DNA from: Chlorokybus atmophyticus
Lineage: Eukaryota > Plantae > Mesostigma and Chlorokybus algae
Assembly: GCA_009103225.1 (NCBI GenBank)
Contig: RHPI01002161.1
Coordinates: forward strand, 1 to 58,971
Length of the DNA stretch: 58,971 nt
Direction of reading: 5' to 3'
In this document: piece by piece, positions 37,550 through 49,617 of the stretch
Layout: each line of letters starts with the position of its first letter
Numbering within the stretch: position 1 is the first letter of the stretch
Notes under the pieces: model-generated
What the model was told of the DNA's origin: nothing
The model's database searches: none
The model's input: the letters and a program-made list of their open reading frames with translations, nothing else
Position numbers and translations under genes: made by a program

Positions 37550-40500
37550 ATGATCCGGCAGAAGTCCAAGTCTCACGACTTGGGCGACAAGTTCTACCCC
37601 TCCTATATGCCCGAGGTGCTTTCTTCCACTCCCGAGGCATCATCAACATCCTCCACGCCATATGCATCCCCACTCCTGTCTTCAGTCAGCGCCCAACAAC
37701 ATCTTGCACAAGGCAGGAGCTTTCTCTCCCGCAGCGACAGCAGCCTGGCTGCAAGAGACGCCGACGCCAGCTCCTATCCCAAGGGGGTGAGCCTGAGTGG
37801 GAGCTACTTGCCTCTGTCATTTCACAGCCTCGGTATCCACAACAACAACAACAACCACCTCGATGGAGGGGCAGGCCTATCGCCCTCTATCCAGCGGGTG
37901 TCCAGCATGCCTCAGGTGGCCCAAAACAACCCCTTCTTCCACGAGGGAAACAGTGGCAGCGAGAAGAAGAAGTACCAGCGGAGAACGCAACAGCATGGTG
38001 CTGGTGGGGGTCTCATCCTTGGCAACCTGTCAAGACTGCGCTCCGTGTCGTCCATTGGACGCCGCAGTCGCAATGCTGCTACATCAGCCAAAAGCAGATC
38101 AAGGTACTATGAGCGCGTATGTACGAGTAGAATAGTCATTGTCAATAGCAGTGTTCACGGGAGTCAGTGAGCGTGGTTGTGTCGAAGGTGTCTTGTTGTT
38201 GCATAGTAACAGCTTCATATCATCTGCAGGCCTGTGGGTTGGAGCGTGTTGTACGCGGTGCTTCTGTCGCTGCTGGTGGTCGTGGTTGGCGCCAAGCTGT
38301 GGCCTCAGGTGCTGTGGGGCGTCACCTCCGCCGGCGACACGACCAACGCCGTGGTCTTCAAGTACATCCCAACCATGCGAAGCCTCATCGAGTCCTTCCA
38401 AGACAGAACACATGTACACTGCCCATCAGTGTAGACTGCCCTTGGTTCAATATCGCTGTTGTCATCAGTGTTGGTATCAACCGTGTCATTGTCACGCAGA
38501 CTCCTGTGGCCAAGAGGGTGTGCATCTTGTCCGGTGACTCCTACGGCGAGAAGGGCATGGCAGGGACAGCCACAGCATACTGGCTTCTAGCCACCACTCT
38601 CGCGGCCGCCCCTGGCCACCCGCACAACGTGACATGGATCTCCGCCCCTCTCATCCAGAACCTCAACTCCACCGCCTGCGATCGCCTGCACCTCCTCTAC
38701 GCCTCCCACAACATCACCCATGTGTGCCTCAACCACACCCGCCCCAACGACTGGTCCACCAACCCGTACCGACGCCTCGGGGTCATCGCGCTGGACTACC
38801 TCACCTCTCTCCCCGATACAGACAAGTGCGATGTGCTTCATGTGCACGAGTGGGGAGGGATAGCTGCGGAGTTTCTCAGCATGAGGAGGGCGGCGGGGGT
38901 GCTGAAGGATACGTATGTGACTGTGGTACCGCATGGGGGGCATATGTGGGCACGCGCTGCATCGGAGGACCCGAGACCGTCGGACCTGTTCTCTGTTGAG
39001 ACGGACTTTGGGGAACGGATGACACTGGAGAGCGCAGATGCGGTAAATATGCACTGTGTGGGAACATGGGCGGATTGTTTGAAGTACACTCACCTGCACA
39101 TACCAACAGTACGCGCGTACGCATTCGCAGGTTGTGAGTCCATCGCGTCACATGCTGCATTTCCTTCATCAGCGCGGCTGGGCTGTCGCCAACGGGCAGG
39201 TTACTAACTACTCTAGTGTTGCTGTTTTGTGCGTATGCATATGTTCGTGCATGTGTGGGCGTGTGTGTACCTCATCATCCATTCCTGCTTCCCAATGCGA
39301 TGTGGTGTTCGGCATCAGTTGCAGCGCATGTATCGCCAACATCCGTGTGCACAGGTGATACCGAACATCATCGACAAGATGCCAGGGGGCGACAACGCAA
39401 CCGACGACCACTCCCGTGATGTGTGGCGCGTCTCCTTCTTCGGCCGCCTCGAGGAGCGCAAGGGACTAAAGCTCTTCGTGGAGGCAATGAACAGGGTAAG
39501 GGGGAGCAGCAACATAGACCTCTCATCAGCGCCGACATCAAGTGCAGTGAAGAGGCTGATGTTATGTTCTGATGCGCAGCTGAACTGGACTGATCCTCGC
39601 TTTGAGGTCTACTTCGTTGGGCCCCTTTCTGATCCCCTCTCAGCCGGCTACATCGCGCAAGCGAGGGCGCGGTGGCCCTTCCCAAGCCAAGTAAGAGGGA
39701 TTGTGTCCTCTGCTGCTAGTGTCGTTGGTTGTTTGCTTCTCTGCTGCTGCTTGTCGCTCATGCTGATGAGTGCGCAGATCCTTTCTGGTCTGAACCGTGA
39801 TCAAGCCCTCGCTCATCTCTCTCAGCCCGGCATGCTCGCGGCGCTGCCCTCGCTGCACGAGAACGCGCCGTACACCATGGCCGAATGCGCCGCATACAAC
39901 GTGCGTCATATTTACACTAGCGCTGCAGTTGTGTCTGTGTTGCAATCTTGCATACAGTGGATCGCGATGTGCATGTGAAATGGTCTGTGTTGTGGTTTAC
40001 AACAGATTCCGACCCTGGTGGCGAACAGCGGGGGAGTGGAGGAGATGCTGCAGAAGGAGTTCTCCGCCAACATCCTCGTGGAGCCCACCATCGACTCTCT
40101 CTCCGCCGGACTGCAACGCGTAAGCAACAACACACATACATAAGACACTGTTTGCAAGTGTCTGAACGTGTACCTTGTCGCAGGTGTTGAGGGCTGGCAA
40201 GGCGTACGTGCCAGTGCTTTCCGCCCGCGTGACGGGTGCGGCCGTGCTGTGGCTCGACTGGCACAAGAACCTGCCACCGCCGCCCTACTGGCGACAGATC
40301 GACATCGAGGAGGGAAGAGACGCCACCGTCGACCCCGTCAAGGACACCCTCGTGAAGGTGGTACCGTCGAACCCGGAGGGAGTGGCCGCTGTCGGCCTAT
40401 GGAAAGAAGTCTGTGCACAGGTGAGTCAAGCGTTTCACACACACACCCGCGCACTTGTGCACGCACATATGCACAGGCGCGTCTTGCACCAAATTTGGCA

Positions 40501-42258
40501 ACAACCAGGGCCAGCTTGACTTGTGTGTGACATCATGCTGCTGTCGACTCACACTGAGTGTGTGAGCAGGCTGGTGAGTCGGGCCAGCAGCAAACGTTGC
40601 TTCTCCTTCCTGACGACTACAGCGTGAGCGACCTGGCTCTTTGCCGCATGCACTCTGCTTTATGGCGCGGTTGGCGCAGCGCTCTCCACGAGGAGGAGGA
40701 GGACGACCCCATCACGCACGCGGTGGTTGCCGGCGTGGAGGTGGCATCATCCGAAACAGCTATCCCACAAGGCCCGTTGTGGCTCCCTCGCGTTGGCGAC
40801 GGCGCATCGTGTCTCTCTCACTACCCGATACTCACCAAAAGAGACTCCTTCTGCTCCTACTTCTCCGCTGAGGCTCGCACGTTCAGCCACTACCACGCCT
40901 GGTTGTTGGCCTTGCTTCTGGAGCAGGCGGACCATGCATCACTTGTCACGCTTCCGCAACCGCTGTTTAGGTTGAATCAGAGCAGTGGTAATGGTACAGG
41001 GCCTGTGCTTGAGGTGTGCAAGGACAGGGACCACCCCATCCTGCGCAGGGCCAAGAAGAACTTGGTGTTGAACCTGGCCACGAGCGAGTCGTTGTTCAAC
41101 ATACGCGCAGAGAAGACAACCGTGCGCACGCCGTTCTCAGACTCCAACAGAGACATGGACAGGTTCCAGGGAGACCTCGGCTGGTTTTACGGACACTTCC
41201 CTATTGTTGACAACCATGTGCATGACGCCCTAGTGAGTGAAGAGTTCCAGGCGATGGAGTGGAATGATGGTGTCAAGCTGCCCTTCTTTCAGAATGCAAA
41301 GGACCTCGGGGGTGGGTGGGGTTGCCCGCCACTGACGTTTCCAGCCATCTCACCCCACTTCATACACCCGTGCTCGGGCAACTGCTGCGGGGGTGCACGC
41401 AAGAGCGGAGCCGTACTGCGCTACACCTCATACGTGCACGTCCAGGTGGGTGTGATCCCCCATTGTTGTCTTGTGCTACTTGTGAGAGGGACTGACTCAC
41501 ACTTTGTGTTGTGCAGGGTGCGGAGGTCCAGGTCAAGCTTGGGTATGGTGGCGCGTGCGGTGATGGCGTCGATGTCGTCGTGCTCGTGAGGAACAAGCAT
41601 GAGGTGGAAGAGGAGGAGGAACAGGGTGGTGCCAAGGTAGTGGCCCCTGCTGGCAGAGCTCTCCTTGCTGTGGAGGCCCTTAGCTTGGCGCTGAATGAGA
41701 CCATCCTGCGCAATGTCACCATCTCGAGCAATGCCACGACACTGCCATCTGTGCTTGGGATTGAGGCGATGCGACGTCAAGTAGAACAAGGACAAGGAGG
41801 AGGTAAAGTTGCCGAGGAGGACGTGCCGAGGAGAGAGGAGTGGACGCACACGGTGCTGCGCAATGCCACTTTGACACCGGATGGAGCGGTGGGTTGGGAG
41901 GCTGTGATGTTGTCGGCTTGTTGAGAACCCATCACAATGGCATGTCACAAACGCAGTCACTTGTGTACTTGCAGAAGGGTGAGCAGTTCTGGGTGGACAT
42001 GATTGACCTGAGGGTTGGCGACATGGTGGAAGTGCGCGTGGGTCCACGCGAGTCCATGGTCAGTCCTATACATTCAGCCCCATTATCTCATACCTGCATG
42101 CGACATGAGCATACTTTGCCTGGATGGTTGACTGCAATGTGGTGCAGGACTGCGATGGTATGGAGATCCGCGTGCAGATGTTTCCCCCATTGGAAGCGCA
42201 CCAGATCAGGAAGATGAAGTTGAAGAAGAAGCTGATGCTCAGGAAGCTGAAGCTTTAG
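37550..42258 (+). CDS. Type II membrane GT-B (GT4-like) glycosyltransferase with C-terminal GT-A-like and beta-sandwich-like modules, multi-exon
   Basis: Single TM (VLYAVLLSLLVVVVG); GMAGTATAYWLLA, DVLHVHEWGG, VPHGGHMW, SPSRHML, FFGRLEERKGL, LPSLHENAPYTMAE, NSGGVEE. Later FQGDLGWFYG...HP...CGDGVDVV module. GT-AG junctions were traced approximately; the last exons (41960-42258) are less certain. Confidence 0.75.
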
Positions 42259-42299
42259 AAGTGAGTAACAAGAGTAACATGCCTTGGTGCAAGAACTGG

Positions 42300-44900
42300 C
42301 CACCACACAATAACGCGATACATTGGGCGCTGAACGCAAGAGATGTGTTGTGATTGGGTATGTTTTAACTGTTCGCTGGAAGCAAGAAGTGAGAACTCGT
42401 GGTATTCGCATCCTTCGTGCATTAGCGTCCTTGATCAGTTGGTGTTGCAGTTGACAAGTCTGTTGACACGAGTCTATGTATAGAAAGCTGGCAGATAGGA
42501 GTTGCACAACTTGACAATAATCATGTTGTACATATGATATTTCTGGGTATAGTATGTATGTACTGGCATGCACAGCCGTGGTGATTGCTGCCAGTGTGCA
42601 GTAATGCGCAAGCTGGAGACAGTGTTGCTCCTCTTTACTGTTACCGGTTGTGAACTGTAACAGAGTACATGTTGTGCACCGATATTCAACTCTTGGATGA
42701 TCTTGAGGTGAAAGGTAGAGTAATAGTAGGCAAGTGACGATCTATTCAGTTTGAAGCGCATATATAAGAGTATGCAAGCGGGATAGGCATCACAGCAAGT
42801 ACATTGGTCTGCACAAGGGCGCAAGTAGCTGCTATTCATGTGCATCAACAATTGATACACTTGTAACATGTTATTCAATCAACTAAGTTGATTGGACAAG
42901 TAGCCAGCTGTTGCCTCTTGCTCAAGGGGCAGTGCCTGCACATGTGTGTACGCACAAATCAGCAACATGCCTTGCTGCATTGGCATATATGTATACACAA
43001 CTGCCTTGATATATAACAACCATTGCCATACAGGTGTTGTCATAGCTAGTGTATGTGTAGTTTGGACCACAAGCTATCATAAATCTTTCGCGGTGTAAAA
43101 CATCCTTTGACACGACTAACATTTGGTAGTAATGCTAGTTGATAATGTCCAAGACATGGCCTTTTTGCTGGCTCAATAACAGAGTTGACAATAAATCTGT
43201 ACATTTGTACGACAATGCAACCAATAACCATTAACACAAGTGAGTATAATCTTATATCTTAAATCTCGGTGTAGCACACCCTTTGACGCATCCAAGGTTA
43301 AACAATAATGCTAGTTGATAATCTCCAAGACGTCTTGTACAAGGCCTTGTTGCTGCATGCAACTAATTGTTGAGGCAAACTGCAGTGGATGATGGCAGCT
43401 GTGCCTTTAGCAAAGACACAGCTGACAATATACTTTGTACACACATGTGCAGTTATGAAAATCAATAAGAATTAACGCAAGTGAGCATGAAGTAATCAAT
43501 GTCTATATTGTTAATATATGTTTACACAAATATACAAGAGGCTTCAACGGGCTATTGTAAGCTATGTTTAATGCACATTGTCAATGAATAACAAGAGACC
43601 TTACGATTGCTTAGTGACATCAATATCTCATGCTCGTAATTACGAGTTGCGTCTGGTTATATAAATGTTTGTAACGGAAGCACCTATTAACTAGTAGTTG
43701 CATTCATGTTATATATACATAAAAGTGAACTCACAGTAATTTAACATGATGGTCTATTTATACATTAATGTATAAAATGTTTTACTGAAATCTGGTTCAG
43801 CAATAAGTGCTCCCACTTAATCTGGTACGCAATTAGCGGTTAAAATTATATATCGTCATATATAAAAAGGGATAATGGAATGCATATTAACAAGATAAAG
43901 TGACCCGCATAACAGGTTTGACTTATATGCAGCGGATAGCGGCTATCGCATATGAAGAAATAATAATTTTACATATTGAAGAATTCACTTTCATGGTATG
44001 CATGATTGGTTGAGCACATATGCATGATTGAGAATACCTGATGAACTTTGTGCATAATCGCATAAGTTAAGGCATTTCCCTAAATAATAAAGCAAACTTG
44101 CTTAGTCAATCATGTATGCCTCTTGGAGGGCGTTATTGAAACATGTCAATCACATAATAACAACTTTTTTATCCTAAATAACATTACATGTCATATATCA
44201 ATGAGTCCACATCATGAACATCATTATAAATGGTTAATTTTTTGTATAATGCCAACCTTCATAGCATTGCGCAAACCTTGTACAAGTCTAATGCTTAATA
44301 ATCAAAGTACGGGGTTGAATTGGATGACATAATTGTTGGTGGACGGATCCATAGGCAAGAGGATATTGCATCTGTGTATTCTTATTATATATGTGTTAAC
44401 GGAATAACGGAGTTATAATCCATCATAAAGTCTGTGACCTTTCCATTGTTATTTGATTTATCAATGTTGACCATACGCGCATCTGTATATCAAACTATTA
44501 TTATAATAAATTAGATGCCTATCAGTACAAATTTAAGTGACCAACTTGTCGCCATAAGCAAGAGGGTCATCGCAAATGCTTATGATATTACAATTATGTA
44601 ATGAGCATACCATTTACAAGTTACTAATCAATGACAAGAGGTGCTTAGGTTAAACCATTTATGTCCATCACATGCGTAAAACCACAAATTACAAATATGT
44701 TGTATATGTTTGATTAAAAAACATGTGCAAAATAACATACACCATTATACACCAAAGCGCCTTGCAGAACATGTCACCTATGCATAACCTAACTAAATCT
44801 GCAAACTTATATTCAAGCATACCGGTGTACACATATGGACAAGTATACAATAACGGAAGTATTGCATGATGAAAATCTGTGGTTTTGTCCATTGACAAGT
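42300..44900. other. AT-rich decayed sequence with ~176-bp tandem duplication; probable old TE remnant
   Basis: TAATGCTAGTTGATAAT at 43130 and 43306 with similar flanks; no long ORF. Confidence 0.4.
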
Positions 44901-45012
44901 GCAGATTCACATCACAACTTGAGTGGTGGACCTCAATTCTCGATCCCACTGCTCCATTGACCGCTTATTGGCGGGCGCACAGGCCTCCACGACAGCGGTC
45001 ACGCCGGGGCAC

Positions 45013-45031
45013 TCAACCCTAACCCTAACCC
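45013..45031 (+). promoter_or_regulatory. Telo-box-like AACCCTAACCCTAACCC just upstream of the ATG at 45049
   Basis: Motif visible; regulatory function inferred from plant telo-boxes. Confidence 0.35.
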
Positions 45032-45048
45032 GTCCGCCCACCCTAGCC

Positions 45049-46030
45049 ATGTCCTCAGCCATGGCGGCGACAACGACCATGACCACCGCGGCCAGCGGTC
45101 TGCAGGCACAGGCCGCCCTCAGCAGCGCCCGCCGTCCCGCCCCTCAGCTGGTCGCACGCCCAAGGCTGCCCTCCGTGGTCAGGTCGCACAGGCGCTTCGC
45201 AGTGGTGGCCGCCGCCGAGACAGAAAAGGTAAGAACAGCCACCTATCTATGGGCCATTGCGTGTATGTGATGCAGCATCTTGTCTCAGTCACACACCCTT
45301 CTTCCAAGGCTACAATTGTGGGAAGCACTCGCACAGTGCTTCAACACATTGTGTGTGGTTGCAGCAGCAGGAGGAGGACGACAACTTCATCCAGAAGCGG
45401 TCGGACTTCGCCAACACAGGCTTCGTCAGCACAGACACCGGCGGCAAGTCCAACGTCTTCGCCGTAGAGGTGCGCGTGTTGGTTATGACAGGCCCCTAGC
45501 ACACACACGCGCACACTTGGGCACGCAACTGCATGCATGCTCAAGCGTACAACAACCACATATACACAATCGATTGTGTGCACATGTGGCAGCCTACGGT
45601 TGTTGTGGAGGGCAGCTCCGACGACAGGACTCAGAGCAGCGGCTCGGCCGCATTGGTAGCCGGCAGCCTGGCCATTGCGGGAGTGGCCGCGGGACTGTGG
45701 CTGCTCAAGTCGCAGGGCTCCGTCACCCAGACCACCGCCTCATTGCCCGCAGACATTCTGGCAGACGCAGGAGATGTTCCTAGCAAACCCCTCTCGGTGA
45801 GCAGCGAGCGCGTGTGCATGTGTGCAATGAGATTGGCAAACACACGCATGTGGCTCACACATGAATACACGCACGGGCATGTGCGTGTCCAACTCTTCTA
45901 AGTGTGCTTGCGCGCATTGTCTGGTGTATGTGTTAGTGACAGTGTGGAGTGTTAACGCTGCTGTGCTGAGCAGAGGTATTTGAAGTTGTGGAAGGATGTA
46001 GACGCCCCCGCAGTCAGCAATGCCCAGTAA
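45049..46030 (+). CDS. MPH1: Chloroplast-targeted single-TM thylakoid protein, MPH1-like (4 exons, 181 aa)
   Basis: Exons 45049-45228, 45365-45469, 45593-45796 and 45974-46030, all phase 0. Ala/Ser/Arg-rich transit peptide; TGFVSTDTGGKSNVFAVEPTVVVE resembles the MPH1 TGYVEKDTAGQTNIYSVEPAVYV motif (recalled); TM AALVAGSLAIAGVAAGLWLL; PLSRY tail. Confidence 0.65.
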
Positions 46031-47571
46031 GCGGAGAGCACTGTTATGTAGCTTATTTTTGTTGAGCAAACTGTCAGATATAGCGGTATAGGTCGTTGCG
46101 TGCGCACGGGTACAGGTGAATGCACCCTCACCAGTTCTGTCTTTCTTGATTGTGCTGTTACTACTTTTTTCCTTTCTTTCTTTTCCAGATTGCATGGCAG
46201 GTGTATGGTTTGTCGTGCGGCATTGCCTTTTGTGGTTTGTGGTTTGAGATGTGTTGCTTGTGTCGGCTGCGCTGCCGTGAGCCAGCGACACCCTCCTGTG
46301 GTATGTTGCATCCAAAAGTGGGACTACAATGACTCATGTGTCATGCATGGGCGGAGGTTAGAGTACACGATCGTCAGGCCGCCAGTGCTCTTCGTGTCTA
46401 AGCATTTATAAATGAATGGTTGTGGTCGAGGTTACAAATATGATCTGATGTCAGCTCTGTGCTGAGCACGCAGAATGATGGGGTAGCTAGTTTAGTTGCT
46501 GGCAGGGCTTGTGCTGCACCTGCCTTTTTGCATCTGTGGCATGAGCTGCGTCAAATGGTACAGGGTGTCATTCTGCATCATGTCACTACGACTGCGTTGC
46601 CACTGTTTGCGGGGTTATCAGTCAAACATATCTGGCGGAGGTGGAAGACGTTTGCGATTACTGCTCAGCTTTGTATACTACGGCTCGCTGTTCAGAGTTT
46701 ACATTCTTATAGAATGTATGTAGGCATAAATATATCAATCCGGGACAATACTATGGCAGTGTCTTGTGAGGCGTACAATGACTCTTCAGATGTGACAGTT
46801 TCCTGGCACATCTGAAGAGTCATTGTACGCATAAATTAGAGTTCACAGCTGCAGCTGTAAGTTGGACAACCTTACAACCTGCTCTTCCCTACGCACAGTC
46901 CATCAAACAGGGTGAAGGCCATTACACCAGAATGCCCATGATGCTTGCAGAACAAGCACAAGGACAGTGCGAGCATGTGGGTTATGACACAGGCTCATGG
47001 CTGCAATGGCTGCACATTATGCTGATGTTGAGTATGTATACTGGTGCAGAGAGACTCAGTAGAGTTGATCGCGGTCAATTTTGGGTTGGCAGCGCGGTTG
47101 CCAGCGGCATCACATACAGGCAACATGATGCTCTGGCAGAGCTTTGCCACCTCGCTTTACTGTATGCCTGTTGGCAACTCGTCAGCACAGTAGCAACCTA
47201 GTTCTTGGCTGCTACCCCCTGCAACACAAGGCTACAAACACACGCTGCACTTTGTGCAGGTAATTGCATGTGCATGTCTAGCGGGGTTGGGCAGTAGTGA
47301 AGGTAGGTAGATAGACAGTGATTGAGTGTATATAGCTTGGTGGTGGTGGTTGACTGTGATTGTGACTGTCACGTATGCATATGTCGTGCATGTTACATAC
47401 CCGCATTGCATACTCTGTACACCCACATGTGTCAAGCATGGCAGGTCCTGCGCACATCACCCGAACACACATGCACCGCTTTACTTTAGCGACGTACGCG
47501 TGTATCATGCCTGAGTATCGTCTGTAAGCGGGAGGAGGGAGGAGAACGCACGCACACACGCACACATCTCA

Positions 47572-49617
47572 TCACTGAGCGGCGTGTCCTCCTCTCCCCG
47601 TAGCTGGCGCGGTGGACGGCGCCGCCCTCCTCGCTCGCCGTATCTCCTTCTTCCTTCGCACGATCTCACTATACAGCTTGTTGCGGTACTCCTGCACGCT
47701 GTACTTGGTGTTATCATCGATGGGGAGCGTGATGGCGTGGTGCATGTTGTTGTTGTTCCCGTTCCCGTTGGCATGGTGGAAGATAGGCTCGTCGGCGTCG
47801 CTGTGGAACGCAGCCACATACTCGTGTCTCAACGCCTCCTCGGCGGTGATGCGCTTGGCGGGGTTGAACACGAGTAGGCGGCGAAGCAAGTCTTCTGCTG
47901 CGGGGGATGCGTTGAGGAAGAGTTCCCGCATGGACTTGCGCGCGGTCTTGGAGGTGTTGTTGGCTGTCAAGGATTCCAACATGGTGCCTGCGAAGGGGCT
48001 CTTGATGGCGTCCACGTCCTCGCGGGAAGGAACGCCGGTCACTTGGAGGATGCGCTCGAGCTGGTTCATCGTCGACGTGCCTGCGTGGACACGCTGTTGA
48101 GTGTGTTGTATGCGCGGGGAGACGTACAGGTGCACACGATCATTATGGTGTACCTGGGAAGATGGGTCGACCGCAGAGCATCTCTCCCAAGATGCAACCC
48201 GACGACCACATGTCCACGCCATACGTGTACCTGGGACCACGCCACGCACACAAGTGACTACTGTGACCTCTGGTGATACCAATGTGTAGTATACTGCCTT
48301 GATACATATGCAATACACACGCGCAAGCACACGCTCAAGCTTACTTGGTGGAGCCGAGTAGGATCTCAGGCGCGCGATACCAGCGCGTGGCCACGTAGTC
48401 CGTTAGCACGGGCGAGGGCCCCGTCTCATTGTTCAGTTGCGAAACCTGCCAATGGGTGGCAGAAGCATACGTTGTGTCACTGACACACGAAGCACACACG
48501 CGCGCATGGGAGGTACTTCTCCCCCTCACCACTCACCGAGCGCGCGAGGCCAAAGTCCGCGACCTTGACTTGGCAGTCCGAATTAAGCAGCAAGTTGGAC
48601 GGCTGCAATGGTGGTGCATGTATGTTGGGTTGTGTTGCTATTGATGGTGATGTGGATCACAGAGTAAGTCAACAAACAAAAGCAGCGCACCTTGATGTCG
48701 CGGTGTAGGAGTTCTGCGGAGTGCATGTATTTGAGGCAGCGGAAGAGCTGGTACATCGTGTACTGCTTGTGAATGTCCTCCAGAATGTTGGCGCGGATCA
48801 CCGCGTGCAGGTCCGTTTCTGCACGGCGGCGAAGGACACGAGTGACATGCGCAGCGGTTGATTCGATCATATGCCTTGCAGCTGTACAGCAAACATCATG
48901 CAGATGTGCACGCCAATGCACACATGCTCACCCATGTGCTCGAAGACGAGGTAGATGTCGCGATCATTATCTGCCTTCAACACGTTCAACAGCCTGGCGA
49001 CCAAAAGGAATATACATGAGTGTCAAGAAGGTGGGCTGCCATGACACTGCACGCAATGGCGGCACGTACTTGATGATGTTCTCATGGTCTCCCATCTCTT
49101 GCAGAAACATTATCTCCCTGAATGTTCGCTGTTCGCGGCAGTACAAGGTTAGACCAACCAGGGTGAATAAAACAACAACGACAACGACAACCACAATAGC
49201 TACAGCAACCTCGGACCTGTGCGTCGGTGGCGTGTTGGAAGGCATCGAAGATCTTCTTGAGCGCCACCGTCTCACCAGTCTTGCGGTCAACCGCTCGCCA
49301 CACAATGCCATATGCCTGATGTCAACCACATTCCCATTTCTCACATGTCAACACGTTTGCAACTACAGCGGGCAGACAGTGTAGTAAGTACAGTTGGAAC
49401 AGTATGGTTACCACCTCTGGCGAGTGAATTATGCCTGTCTGGTCTGTGTGTGAAACTTGACGACATTGTTTGTTATAAAAGTAGATTACTAGCAGTCTCG
49501 TACGATAGAACAATAGCAGCGTACCCCTTTCCCGAGTTTCTGCTGGGCGTCGTACTTGCGGAGTATGTGCTTGTCGATCTCGTCCGTCCCGCCGCTCCCG
49601 CCGCCTCCATGGCTCAT
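47572..49617 (-). CDS. MAPK15: ERK7/MAPK15-type MAP kinase (9 exons), TDY activation loop
   Basis: [11 protein letters not shown]...LGKG|AYGIVWRA...[14 protein letters not shown]|RTFREIMFL...|[13 protein letters not shown]|[20 protein letters not shown]...HRDIK|PSNLLLN...DFGLARS|...[14 protein letters not shown]...|[17 protein letters not shown]...FPG|[10 protein letters not shown]. All junctions GT-AG. Confidence 0.92.

Noticed and set aside
44000-44300. Minus-strand YYVIDMFQ*RP resembling the Helitron Rep motif
   Set aside because: Too degenerate; the HxH motif and helicase are not found.
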